A stretch of DNA of 64,000 nt from Candidatus Stahliibacteriota bacterium (GTDB lineage Bacteria; Hydrothermota; Tepidihabitantia; B3-TA06): assembly GCA_004375895.1 (NCBI GenBank), contig SOJW01000057.1, forward strand, positions 11,063 to 75,062, written 5' to 3'. Shown piece by piece: positions 51,821 to 61,704 of the stretch. The notes beneath the pieces are model-generated. The model worked only from the letters and a program-made list of their open reading frames with translations. It ran no database searches and had not been told where the DNA came from. Position numbers and translations under genes: made by a program. Position 1 is the first letter of the stretch. Each line of letters begins with the position of its first letter.

Positions 51821-53191
51821 ATGCAACAGCTAAGCTTGAATGATTTTGGGAAAACGGAGTTAGACGCACGTAAGGAAAATATAATGAGGTCCCCCAAAAA
51901 AGGCGGTTCATCCGAAGTTGACTCTATTCCTTATCTTCAAGAACTCGGCGTTGAAATCCAGGAAAAATCACAACCTATTCAGTTTTCACCAAACATCAAT
52001 GAACATATACACCGTTGGGCACCCTACGTGCAAGGGTTTTCAGCTTCGTTTGTTCAAACTGTATTAGATCAATATAAGGGAGAGTATAAACGCCCTGTAG
52101 TACTAGACCCATTTGCAGGTTGTGGTACCGTTTTGGTGCAGACAAAAATTAACGGCTACAAATCGTTTGGGACAGAGTTGAACCCACTATTACAATTCAT
52201 TGCAGATGTTAAACTCAACTCTTGGGATGTTTCACCGAATCACTTGCTAAAGACATATAACTCGATGCCTAAAGACGTCACCTCACCTGCACCAACTTTT
52301 TTAAAGACCGAATCACATTTCAGTAAAAATGTGTTGCATAATCTTGAAATAATAAAGGGGGGGATTGAAACAATAACGCCTAAGACTGAAAAACAAAGAA
52401 AGGTGAAGGACTTATTAAAACTAGCTTTCTCCGCGATATTGATTGATTGCAGTAAACTGAAACGAAGCCCTTGCCTAGGTTACGATAAAAACAAGCGTGT
52501 TGATGATGCGGCCCCATTTGTTTTATTTGGCCAAAAAATACGAGACATTGTAAGTGATCTAAAGTTAATCCAATCACAGTATAAGGGTTTCATAAAAACC
52601 AAAAGCAAAGTAGTCTTAGCAAATGCGATGGAATACCAGCACACTGAAAAGTTTGATCTTGTTATAACTTCTCCACCGTACATGAACGGGATGGACTATG
52701 TTATAAACTACAAAATAGAGATGGGGTGGATGGGGTTTGTAGAGGATCATAAGGCGCTGAAGAAGATAAAAAATGATATGGTTGTATGCGATAATGTATC
52801 TAAGGGTTTAATAAAAGATTTTTCACACGCCAAATCAACTTATTCAAACGATTGGATCGAAAGGATTAAAGCTGATATAGAAAGCAATATTGAAAGAAGA
52901 GGCCGTTACAGAAGAACTGATATGCCTCATATAGTTCACAAATATTTCGATGACATGTTTAGAATTATGAGAAATGTTGTTCGTTCTATGAAAAAAGGTG
53001 GGAGATTTATTCTTGTAGTGGGTGATAGCTTGATTGCAGACGTTTATGTTCCAACAGATTTGCTGATAGCAAAAATAGGTGAAGACTTGGGCTTAAGAAC
53101 AGAAAAAATTGAAAAGGCAAGAGAACGAAGATCAGGCCAAATAAGAAGCTATAGATTAAGAGAATCAATAATTACTTTATTGAAGGGTTAG
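51821..53191 (+). CDS. DNA methyltransferase (N4-C or N6-A), motif I before motif IV with a long insert
   Basis: 456 aa with AdoMet motif LDPFAGCGTVLV and catalytic ITSPPYMNG ~190 aa later, followed by RNVVRSMKKGGRFILVVGDS. AT-rich. Confidence 0.8.
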   Translation: MQQLSLNDFGKTELDARKENIMRSPKKGGSSEVDSIPYLQELGVEIQEKSQPIQFSPNINEHIHRWAPYVQGFSASFVQTVLDQYKGEYKRPVVLDPFAGCGTVLVQTKINGYKSFGTELNPLLQFIADVKLNSWDVSPNHLLKTYNSMPKDVTSPAPTFLKTESHFSKNVLHNLEIIKGGIETITPKTEKQRKVKDLLKLAFSAILIDCSKLKRSPCLGYDKNKRVDDAAPFVLFGQKIRDIVSDLKLIQSQYKGFIKTKSKVVLANAMEYQHTEKFDLVITSPPYMNGMDYVINYKIEMGWMGFVEDHKALKKIKNDMVVCDNVSKGLIKDFSHAKSTYSNDWIERIKADIESNIERRGRYRRTDMPHIVHKYFDDMFRIMRNVVRSMKKGGRFILVVGDSLIADVYVPTDLLIAKIGEDLGLRTEKIEKARERRSGQIRSYRLRESIITLLKG

Positions 53192-53194
53192 CAT

Positions 53195-54106
53195 ATGACC
53201 GAGATTGAAATAGGCTACCAAGAGGACCCTAAAAACGGCGATGGAATCACCCGAGCCCGCACAACGGATCGTATACGGGCTTGGGAGATACCTAGGGAAC
53301 AAAAGGCGTTAGAAGCTTTAAATACTGAACTTGGAGAAGTAGCGTTTCCCGGAAACTACATGTTGTTTGAAGCCCGGAATAAAGTCTATGTCGGGGAAGC
53401 TAAAGACCTCTACAAGAGGTTGAAAACGCATATGAGTTCCCCCGATGTTAAAATTCAAAAATGGGACCATGCTATAATAATAAATGACGGGCGTTCTGCT
53501 ACACAGTCAGATTTCAACGATACTGTTGTAAGAAAAGCTTTAGAGTTGTACCTTATACGATTATTAAAAGCAAACAGATATAAGGTAGTATCACAGGGTG
53601 AAACTCAAAACTTTAACCCTGCACAGAAGGTTTTAATTACCGCCTTGAAGGAAGAGTTGAATTTTTTCTTAATCAAGAAGACGATCATTACTAAAACCCT
53701 CGAAGAAAAAGGGCAGGAAGAAGTTTTCGGAGATGAACTTCAAAAAATCATAAAAAATTGCGGCATGACTATCCAAAAATGGGGAAAATACGAAGCAGTA
53801 ATAAATAACGAAACAACATTCATTCGCCCCGGTAGCAAAAAAACAAAAGGGTGGCAAATTACCTTTAGAGGACGTAAACCCGGAAGCTTCATCGACTCCT
53901 TGCAGAAAGGAGTAGGTTCTCTATTATTCTCACGTGATGGTGTACTACTAATCCCACTAACTGAAGTCCAAAAGGTAATAACGGTCCCAGCCACATACGA
54001 ACAGGATACTATAGATATTTGGATTGTATTCTCTGAGGAGGAAGTGATCCTATCGTATAAAGAAAACACCCTAGAAATATCTAACTTCAGGCTTATCAAA
54101 GGGTAA
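53195..54106 (+). CDS. GIY-YIG-domain nuclease, putative restriction endonuclease partner
   Basis: 303 aa with GNYMLFEARNKVYVGEAKDLYKRLKTH, then downstream Arg/Glu/Asn candidates (VVRKALELYLIRLLKANRY). Starts 3 nt after the methyltransferase stop and has the same AT-rich composition. Confidence 0.6.
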   Translation: MTEIEIGYQEDPKNGDGITRARTTDRIRAWEIPREQKALEALNTELGEVAFPGNYMLFEARNKVYVGEAKDLYKRLKTHMSSPDVKIQKWDHAIIINDGRSATQSDFNDTVVRKALELYLIRLLKANRYKVVSQGETQNFNPAQKVLITALKEELNFFLIKKTIITKTLEEKGQEEVFGDELQKIIKNCGMTIQKWGKYEAVINNETTFIRPGSKKTKGWQITFRGRKPGSFIDSLQKGVGSLLFSRDGVLLIPLTEVQKVITVPATYEQDTIDIWIVFSEEEVILSYKENTLEISNFRLIKG

Positions 54107-54246
54107 ATTCCCTTACATCACAAGAACTGACGACTTACAGGTCCCCCCCTCCTTGACATCCTCACCCGCCTCCAGTACCCTCATAAAAACAAAAAAGGCA
54201 CGAACTAATAATCTCCACGCCAATTGATGTTTTACCCCAAAATCGC

Positions 54247-54301
54247 CCCATTTTTGTCCACCTTTTGTCCAGCTTTTGTCCACCTTTTGACCAGCTTTTG
54301 G
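54247..54301. repeat. tandem 11-bp array, 5 units (same family as 5651-5771)
   Basis: cccatttttgt ccaccttttgt ccagcttttgt ccaccttttga ccagcttttgg. Confidence 0.9.
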
Positions 54302-54475
54302 CATTAAAACCTGACGAGTTTGCGCGGCGTGATTGCGGCGGCCAGGACGATCAGCTTGTTGCAGATGACTGGAAAACCTTGTTGCGCGAGCATCTATGCC
54401 CGCAGAATGGCGTCAGGCTTGGATATAGGAATGCAGATGACGCATAAGTAACTGCCGCCTATGCAATCAAGGCTC

Positions 54476-54503
54476 TTGACTTTAGAACTTCTTCCCTTAT
54501 AAT
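54476..54503 (+). promoter_or_regulatory. sigma70-type promoter TTGACT-16-TATAAT abutting a start codon
   Basis: The -10 ends at 54503 and the ATG is at 54512 with no SD, so the transcript is probably leaderless. Confidence 0.55.
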
Positions 54504-54511
54504 TAGCGGCT

Positions 54512-55081
54512 ATGGGCGTATTGTTGATTTTTACAATTTTTGCCGGAACCCCCACCGATTGGGACGTGGCAAGGACGATGCTTTCAGGGATGTTTGCAGA
54601 TCTTGGTGGGCTTGAGGGTATTGAAAGTGTAGTCCTTTACGACGCCAGATACTCTTCGGATGATGCTGGATACCTGGTGCGTACGCAGCTGGCCGAGGTT
54701 CTAAGAGAACGCAGCATAGAGGTTTACCTTTCCGCACCACTCGGCGCTGAGCCGGAGGTGGAGTTGCGCTACCTTGTAAACCAACTGCGCGTGGTTCATA
54801 AACGCAGTTACCGCAAGCTGCTTCTGGGACGCAGGATGATCGAGCGATGGGCACAGGCAGAAGTGGAGATAACCTTGATGAAGGACAACATGGTTATTTC
54901 ACAGCAGCGTTTTGTTGACGAACAGAAAAGCGTGTTCCCAGAAAGCGAACTGGATCTGGTGCGTTCCCCATTAACCCAGGAGTACTACACCTCATCGTCA
55001 GCGGGCAGCCTGTGGGAACCGCTGCTGGTAACCGCGATAGTGGGAACGCTCATCTATATCTTTTACGCCCCCAAGGATTGA
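54512..55081 (+). CDS. hypothetical protein with C-terminal TM helix
   Basis: 189 aa. The stop overlaps the ileS start (TGATG). Confidence 0.6.
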   Translation: MGVLLIFTIFAGTPTDWDVARTMLSGMFADLGGLEGIESVVLYDARYSSDDAGYLVRTQLAEVLRERSIEVYLSAPLGAEPEVELRYLVNQLRVVHKRSYRKLLLGRRMIERWAQAEVEITLMKDNMVISQQRFVDEQKSVFPESELDLVRSPLTQEYYTSSSAGSLWEPLLVTAIVGTLIYIFYAPKD

Positions 55082-57870
55082 TGAACTACAGGGATACCAT
55101 CCATCTTCCCAGCACAGAGTTTCCGATGCGGGCAAAGCTCCCCCAAAGAGAACCCGAGATCCTACGCTTCTGGAACGAGGCTAGGATCTATGAAAAAACA
55201 ATCAAGGCTAGACGTTCGGGCCAAACCTACATCCTGCACGACGGACCGCCCTACTCCAACGAGCATGTCCATCTCGGGACTGCACTCAACAAGGTGGTTA
55301 AGGATTTCATCGTTAAGTACCGTTCGATGAACGGTTTCTTCACACCCTTTGTGCCGGGCTGGGACAACCACGGTATGCCCATCGAAAACAACGTCCTGGC
55401 CGAGTTCCGTAAGCGAGGGGAACCTGTCGAACGAGGGGCGATCCGCAAACGCTGCCGGGAGTACGCGGCGCATTTCGTGGATGTCCAACGCGATGAGTTC
55501 ATGCGGCTCGGCGTGTTCGGCGAGTGGGAAAACCCTTACCTGACGATGTCACGGCTATACGAAGCCGAGATACTTAAGATATTTGCCAATCTGGTCCAGC
55601 GAGGCTACATATATCGAGACCTGCGTCCTATCCACTGGTGCACCACCTGCCAGACCGCTCTGGCCGATGCAGAGATCGAGTATCATGAGAAGAGTTCCTA
55701 CTCCATATGGCTACGGTTTCCACTGCTTGAAGACCCTGACCGTATCTTCGGCGGGGATAAGGAGGGCTCCTATGCCCTTGTCTGGACCACAACACCATGG
55801 ACTGTCCCCGCGAATCTGGCCCTGACGGTAAGGCCGGACTTCGAGTACTACGTTGTGAAGAGGGGCGAAGAGCGCTATCTTGTAGCAAAGGCACTCTACG
55901 AACAGACCGTCCGTGAGTTGGGGTGGAATCTTGAGGGGTTGGAGATCCAACGCCGTCTGCTCGGAGAGGAGCTTCGTAACCTCAAGTTCCGCCATCCTAT
56001 CTTCGATCGTCCCTCTCCGGTATTGGAGGGTGATTTCGTCACCGCGGACCATGGCGCCGGCATTGTTCACACCGCACCCGGCCACGGCGAGGATGACTTC
56101 CGGATAGGCAAGAAATACGGGCTAGAGATCCTCTGCCCGGTGGATGAGAAGGGTCACTTTACCGCAGAGGCAGGCAAACGTTTTGCAGGCCTGGATCTAC
56201 AGCGGGGCAACGAGGAGGTGCTGGCCGCACTTAGAGAGGCCGGTAACCTTTTAAAACAGGACATCCTTGAGCACCAGTATCCCTACTGCTGGCGATGCCA
56301 TAAGCCTTTGGTCCTCCGCACCACCATGCAGTGGTTCATGAACGTGGATCATGAAGGGCACCGGGATAAGGCTTTGGCTGAGATTGGGAAGGTGGATTGG
56401 GTACCGGCGGAGTCCTATGAGCGTATCAAGGCGGCGATTGAGGGTCGTCCTGACTGGTGCCTTTCTCGACAGCGGTTCTGGGGGGTTGGAATCCCTGCAT
56501 TCTACTGCAACGAGTGCGGCGAAGCTATACTGGATGCGGATTTGGTGCGGCGCACCGCTGACCTGGTAAAGAGGTATTCGGCCGACTTCTGGTTCGAGCC
56601 GGACGTTATGAAGCACTTTCCGGACCTCACCTGTCCTAAGTGCGGGGGTAAAAACCTCAGGCCGGAGCGAGACATCCTGGATGTGTGGTTCGACTCATCC
56701 TGTTCCTCGCTGATTGTTTGCCGGAACTGGGAAGGGCTGCGCTGGCCTGTGGATTTGTTCCTTGAGGGTCCGGATCAGCATCGGGGATGGTTCAACGCCT
56801 CGCTTATGACCAGCCTGGGTGCGGAAGGACGCTCACCTTACCTGCAAGTGGCAACCACTGGCTGGGCGGTGGATCAGGAGGGTAAAGCTATGCACAAATC
56901 GCTCGGCAACTATATAGCCACCGAAGAGATTGTGAATAGTTACGGTGCGGATGTGCTGAGATTGTGGGTTGCCTCATCTGATTTCACCCGTGACGTTCGA
57001 GTAAGCCGCGAGATTCTGGATCGTGTAGTTGACGCCTACCGCAAGATCCGCAACACCCTCCGCTTCCTCCTGGGCAACCTGGCGGACTTTGAGGAAGCGT
57101 ATAGAGTACCTTTCGGGGAGCTTGCCCCGCGCGAGCGCTATACCCTGCACGAGTTACAGAAACTTGTCTCGACCGTACGCAGCGGGTTTGACAGTTTCGT
57201 GTTCCACCGTGCCTTCCAGGCCATATATCAGTTCTGCGGGATCACGCTCTCCGGCTTTTATCTGGATGTGGTAAAGGATACCCTTTACACCCGGAGCAAG
57301 CGCTCGAAGATCAGATGCTCGGTGCAGACCGTGATGGCCGAGGTGCTCGATACGTTAATCCGGCTTCTTGCTCCTCTGGCCAGCTTCACCGCAGAGGAAG
57401 CCTACCGCGCCTCCCCTTTGGAGAGGACCGAAGAAAGTGTTTTCTTGCTTAGCTTCCCCAAGGTAGACCCCTCGCTTGAGGATCGCGAGCTCGCCTACGA
57501 GTTCTCCCACCTCCTATCCGTACGCGAGGCGGTTCTCAAAGCGCTTGAAGAACGGCGCACCGCAGGCAAACTCAAGGCGTCAATCGATGCAAAGGTTAGC
57601 CTCGCCGCTAAAGATGACTCCCTGGCTCAACTTCTAAAGAAATACGAATCCCATCTGCCGGAGCTATTTATCGTCTCCCAGGTGAATCTCATGGAGTGGG
57701 ACAAGATGCCGGAAAAAAGCAGGAAAAACGATCTGGCAGTAGAGGTTCAAAGGCCCAAGGGAGAAAAATGCGTGCGCTGCTGGCTGTGGTCCGAGAGTGT
57801 GGGGACCCATCCAGACCACCCGGAGATCTGCGATAAATGCTATGAGGCTATAGCTGATGACCAAACGTAA
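55081..57870 (+). CDS. ileS: isoleucine--tRNA ligase
   Basis: 929 aa from MNYRDTIHLPSTEFPMRA. Has a HIGH-type HVHLGT, a KMSKS-type AMHKSLGN, and a C-terminal zinc ribbon CVRCW ... CDKC. Confidence 0.95.
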   Translation: MNYRDTIHLPSTEFPMRAKLPQREPEILRFWNEARIYEKTIKARRSGQTYILHDGPPYSNEHVHLGTALNKVVKDFIVKYRSMNGFFTPFVPGWDNHGMPIENNVLAEFRKRGEPVERGAIRKRCREYAAHFVDVQRDEFMRLGVFGEWENPYLTMSRLYEAEILKIFANLVQRGYIYRDLRPIHWCTTCQTALADAEIEYHEKSSYSIWLRFPLLEDPDRIFGGDKEGSYALVWTTTPWTVPANLALTVRPDFEYYVVKRGEERYLVAKALYEQTVRELGWNLEGLEIQRRLLGEELRNLKFRHPIFDRPSPVLEGDFVTADHGAGIVHTAPGHGEDDFRIGKKYGLEILCPVDEKGHFTAEAGKRFAGLDLQRGNEEVLAALREAGNLLKQDILEHQYPYCWRCHKPLVLRTTMQWFMNVDHEGHRDKALAEIGKVDWVPAESYERIKAAIEGRPDWCLSRQRFWGVGIPAFYCNECGEAILDADLVRRTADLVKRYSADFWFEPDVMKHFPDLTCPKCGGKNLRPERDILDVWFDSSCSSLIVCRNWEGLRWPVDLFLEGPDQHRGWFNASLMTSLGAEGRSPYLQVATTGWAVDQEGKAMHKSLGNYIATEEIVNSYGADVLRLWVASSDFTRDVRVSREILDRVVDAYRKIRNTLRFLLGNLADFEEAYRVPFGELAPRERYTLHELQKLVSTVRSGFDSFVFHRAFQAIYQFCGITLSGFYLDVVKDTLYTRSKRSKIRCSVQTVMAEVLDTLIRLLAPLASFTAEEAYRASPLERTEESVFLLSFPKVDPSLEDRELAYEFSHLLSVREAVLKALEERRTAGKLKASIDAKVSLAAKDDSLAQLLKKYESHLPELFIVSQVNLMEWDKMPEKSRKNDLAVEVQRPKGEKCVRCWLWSESVGTHPDHPEICDKCYEAIADDQT

Positions 57871-58225
57871 TCGGCAAAGGTATGGGCGAAAACTTCTTGC
57901 AGAGAAACTGCGCCTGCTTAGAGAAATAGGGGTGGAAGAGGAGGCCTTGTCCGAGTTGGCAAGGGAGGCCTCGGGAGACCTCTCGAGCTTCACCTTCCAT
58001 ATGGCCGATCAGTCCGGTGAAACCTACCGGAGAGAGCTGAAGGCAAGTTTGACCTCAGAACAGACACGCATCCTGCGGGCCATAGACGAGGCACTCAAAC
58101 GCATATACAACGGCACATTCGGGATATGCTCACGCTGCGGGGCTAAGGTTCAAAGAGAAAGACTGGACTACGTCCCCTATGCAAAGCACTGTATCAAGTG
58201 TCAGCGCTCGCTAGAAGACTCCTGA
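57857..58225 (+). CDS. DksA/TraR family C4-type zinc-finger protein
   Basis: 122 aa with CSRCGAKV ... CIKCQ. Overlaps the ileS end by 14 nt. Confidence 0.75.
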   Translation: MTKRNRQRYGRKLLAEKLRLLREIGVEEEALSELAREASGDLSSFTFHMADQSGETYRRELKASLTSEQTRILRAIDEALKRIYNGTFGICSRCGAKVQRERLDYVPYAKHCIKCQRSLEDS

Positions 58226-59507
58226 ACTCCTTATTCAAACCCTCCAGCAAAGCCCTGTATCCCCTCACCTTCAAGGTCACGCTTTCAGGACACTCGATGC
58301 GTTCCAACACGTCTCCCGCCTCGTAGAAACGGTGCTCCCATTCAGGATGAGAGCGAGGGATCTTAACCTCCACCTCTATAAGAATCTCTGCTGCAAGCTC
58401 TCGGATACGTCTGCGCAAGCCCTCCAGCCCCTGCGAGTGAAGGGCCGACACGAAGGTCGCCTCTTCGTATCTTCGTGCCAACTTCTCCTTCACGATCTCA
58501 TCGAACAAGAGATCGCTCTTGTTAAGCACAAGCACCCTGGGAATCCCCTCTGCACCTAACTCTACAAGATGGCGCTCGACAACCTCTATCTTTTGATCGA
58601 GATGCCGGTCACTTGAGTCAGCAACGTGAAGAACAACGTCGGCCTCGGATATCTCTTGAAGCGTCGCCCGAAAACTTGCCACAAGCTGGGTAGGGAGGTT
58701 CTTGATGAGACCAACGGTATCGGTAAGTAGCATGGGGATGTTTTCTTCAAGTTCCACCACGCGGGTTGTGGAGTCAAGGGTGGAAAAGAGCCTAGAGGAG
58801 ACAAAGGTGTGTTCGGCGGCTAGTGCGTTGAGAAGTGTCGATTTCCCGGCGTTGGTATAACCGGCCATGGTAACGGTTAAAAGCCTCCTGCGGCGCTTTC
58901 GCTGGGTGTCCCGCTCACGTTCGATGTGATCGAGCTCCTTCTTCAAACGGCCGATCCGCTCCTGGATACGACGTCTATCCACCTCCAATTTGGTCTCTCC
59001 AGGGCCGCGCGTGCCGATCCCCACGGCACGGCCGCCGAGTGCTCCTGAACGACCGCCCAGGCGCGAGAGCTCCCGTCCCCAGCCTGTGAGCTTAGTATAC
59101 TGGTACTCGAGCTGGGCAAGCTCAACCTGGGTATTGGCCTCCCCGCTGCGCGCATGGAGAGCGAAGATGTCGAGTATCAACGCAGTGCGGTCTATGGTGC
59201 GGCGCTTGAGCTCCTCGGCGATGAAACGCAGCTGGGTAGGGGTAAGGGGGTTATCGAATATCACAAGGTCGATCGCAAGCTGTGAGCATATCGCCTTAAG
59301 GTAGGCAAGCTTGCCACGACCTACGAAGCTGCGGGGATCGGGCTTTTGCCGGATCTGAAGGATCTTCTCTACAACCTCTGCACCGGCGGTCTCAGCCAGT
59401 GCGGCGAGCTCGGCAAGGCTGTCCACGGCGTCCCAGCGTAAGCGGTTATCACGGGCAACCGCAACCAGAAGTACGCGCTCAGCTTTCGGCTTTTCTTGTG
59501 AGAACAT
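58194..59507 (-). CDS. hflX: GTPase HflX
   Basis: G1 motif GYTNAGKST, DTVGLI and NKSD. N-terminal HflX domain. Start moved to MFSQEKPK (59507). Confidence 0.9.
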   Translation of the reverse strand: MFSQEKPKAERVLLVAVARDNRLRWDAVDSLAELAALAETAGAEVVEKILQIRQKPDPRSFVGRGKLAYLKAICSQLAIDLVIFDNPLTPTQLRFIAEELKRRTIDRTALILDIFALHARSGEANTQVELAQLEYQYTKLTGWGRELSRLGGRSGALGGRAVGIGTRGPGETKLEVDRRRIQERIGRLKKELDHIERERDTQRKRRRRLLTVTMAGYTNAGKSTLLNALAAEHTFVSSRLFSTLDSTTRVVELEENIPMLLTDTVGLIKNLPTQLVASFRATLQEISEADVVLHVADSSDRHLDQKIEVVERHLVELGAEGIPRVLVLNKSDLLFDEIVKEKLARRYEEATFVSALHSQGLEGLRRRIRELAAEILIEVEVKIPRSHPEWEHRFYEAGDVLERIECPESVTLKVRGYRALLEGLNKEFRSLLASADT

Positions 59508-60096
59508 AGATAAACCGCCTCGCAGCCGTGAATGCAGCACCCGCAAGAAGACCTCGTATCACCCAATTCATATAAGACGGGATAGCTATCAAGGCCACCC
59601 CTATGATGAAGACCCGGGTCGGTCTGTCAAAGAACCCAACCTTGCAGTGGATACCTACCCCTTCGGCACGGGCGCGTACGTAGCTTATAGAGTAGGAGGC
59701 GAAAAGAAGGGCGAACAGCAACGCGGAGTCGAGTTTACCGAAATCGAAGAAAAGAAAGATCCCAAGGAAGATAATGAACTCTGAGACCCGATCGAGTACC
59801 GAATCGAGGAAAGCTCCCTTGGCCGACGCCTTGCCAAGCGCACGCGCCACCTCGCCGTCCACGATATCCCAGGCCGCGGCAAAAAGGATAACCCCGCCTG
59901 CGGCACGCATCCAGCCGGAGACACCGCTGGCGTAACCACGGTACATGAGGATAAAGGCCACGCCGGTGAATAAAATCCCTGCCATAGAGATAACGGCAGG
60001 AGGCATCCCTAACCGGACAAAGCTCTTCACCAGCGGCGAGACAAGCCACCGGAAGCCCGCATAAACCTTACCGCGTGTTTCCAGAGACCAGGACAA
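59479..60096 (-). CDS. CDP-alcohol phosphatidyltransferase family protein
   Basis: 205 aa with signature DGEVARALGKASAKGAFLDSVLDRVSE (DGx2ARx8Gx3Dx3D) and multiple TM helices. Confidence 0.8.
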   Translation of the reverse strand: MSWSLETRGKVYAGFRWLVSPLVKSFVRLGMPPAVISMAGILFTGVAFILMYRGYASGVSGWMRAAGGVILFAAAWDIVDGEVARALGKASAKGAFLDSVLDRVSEFIIFLGIFLFFDFGKLDSALLFALLFASYSISYVRARAEGVGIHCKVGFFDRPTRVFIIGVALIAIPSYMNWVIRGLLAGAAFTAARRFIYVLTRKAES

Positions 60097-60754
60097 CGAG
60101 CTCCCCTTTCAATACGATCTCACGCAAGGTTTCTGTAAGATGTTCGAGATCGGTGCGTGCCACCTGTTCAAAGCGCTTGGTCAGCTCACGCGCAAGCACA
60201 ACCTGGCGATCAGGACCGAGAACTTCAAGGAGATCACGAGCTATTTTGGGCAAACGAAGTGCGGTTTCATAAAGGATTATGGTACCTCGCTCTTCGGCAA
60301 AGGAACGGATCTGGATCTTTCGTCTTCCCGACTTCTTTGAAAGGAATCCAACGAACAGGAACCGGTCGGTTGGGAGGCCGGAGACGACCAAAGCGGCAAG
60401 GATGGCCGAAGGACCGGGGATGGGAACAAGATTGATCCCCTGCTTTACGGCCTCGCGCACAAGGTAGAATCCAGGGTCTGATATAGCCGGGGTGCCGGAG
60501 TCGGATACCAGTGCAAGGCTTTCTCCGTTCGAGAGTTTTGCCAGAAGAGATGGAGTGCGTGAAGTTTTGTTGGCGTCGTTGTATGAAATGAGAGGCTTGT
60601 GAATGTCGTAGTGGGTAAGCAGCGATCTTGTCCGACGGGTATCCTCGCAGACCACAAGATCCACCGCTCTCAGGACATCAAGCGCCCGCAGGGTGATATC
60701 TGCCATATTCCCTATCGGGGTGCTCACGATGTAAAGGGTGCCGCGTTCGATCAA
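60068..60754 (-). CDS. rsmI: 16S rRNA (cytidine1402-2'-O)-methyltransferase
   Basis: 228 aa with TLYIVSTPIGNMADITLRAL and SDSGTPAISDPG. Confidence 0.9.
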   Translation of the reverse strand: MIERGTLYIVSTPIGNMADITLRALDVLRAVDLVVCEDTRRTRSLLTHYDIHKPLISYNDANKTSRTPSLLAKLSNGESLALVSDSGTPAISDPGFYLVREAVKQGINLVPIPGPSAILAALVVSGLPTDRFLFVGFLSKKSGRRKIQIRSFAEERGTIILYETALRLPKIARDLLEVLGPDRQVVLARELTKRFEQVARTDLEHLTETLREIVLKGELVVLVSGNTR

Positions 60755-61704
60755 AAGATCTGTTCTTTGATGTGGTCAAAAAACTTTAGGTTATTTAGCG
60801 CAAACCGGTAGTCCTGAAGCGCCTTGCGGAAGACGGTGATGTGTCTGCCACCGGAGATGGTGGAAAGCGAGTCTGCCAGCAGGTTGAAGAAGGCGGCGAA
60901 TCCACGCACCAGGCTATCTGTATCCACCTTGGGTGCGCCCGTGAACTTGGCGTCATCTGTGATCTTGAAACTCTCGAAGAAGGTATGCTCCTTGGCAACA
61001 CCTTTAAGCGAGATCTCTGCTATCTTCTTCACGATGTTGCGTCCAAGGATCGCCGTGAACTCTTCAAGCAGGCGGTTTGCAGAGGTTATCAAAAGTTCAA
61101 CCTGAGCAGATGTAGCGTATGCCGCCTCCTCAGGCACCTCCCGAATGATCTTTATGGAGAGCTCCGAACCCCATTCCTTGAGGTACTTGAAGAGGTCATC
61201 TGGGGTTCGCCCGCCCGGAGCCAGATATACGGTGGAGACCTCACCTTCCTTCACCAAAACGTAGGACTTCTCGTTGCGACGAGTTATCACCAGTATGCCT
61301 GAAAAGCTCTGCACCGACAGGTCACGCAGGAGATTTAGGGGAGGGACACTGCGAGCATCCACCTCCCGAACCACGTTTTCATCCCGCAAGCCGACGATTA
61401 TCATCACCAAAAGCTGATCGTCGGCGAACGCAACGTTCACAAGTGAGGAGTCGGTGTGCTTGATCTTCTCATCTACATCCATGAGGGCAACCTCTTTGGT
61501 AGGAACATTGTTGGCGACCCGCATAATAGTTGCAAGCTCCCCCTGGCGCACGAGCAGGATATCGAAGGAATCCGGGTAGTCTATGGTGATGTAATAGGAG
61601 CGCTTAAAAGCCCGGTGCTTCTTGGCAAAGTGCAGCAGCTCATCGAGATCGACGAACTCAGCACGCAGCGAAAAAAGCACGAGCTTTTCCCTTGGAAACC
61701 TCAT
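60751..61704 (-). CDS. hypothetical protein (two similar ~140-aa halves; function unknown)
   Basis: 317 aa with 4-nt overlaps with both neighbours. Confidence 0.6.
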   Translation of the reverse strand: MRFPREKLVLFSLRAEFVDLDELLHFAKKHRAFKRSYYITIDYPDSFDILLVRQGELATIMRVANNVPTKEVALMDVDEKIKHTDSSLVNVAFADDQLLVMIIVGLRDENVVREVDARSVPPLNLLRDLSVQSFSGILVITRRNEKSYVLVKEGEVSTVYLAPGGRTPDDLFKYLKEWGSELSIKIIREVPEEAAYATSAQVELLITSANRLLEEFTAILGRNIVKKIAEISLKGVAKEHTFFESFKITDDAKFTGAPKVDTDSLVRGFAAFFNLLADSLSTISGGRHITVFRKALQDYRFALNNLKFFDHIKEQIF

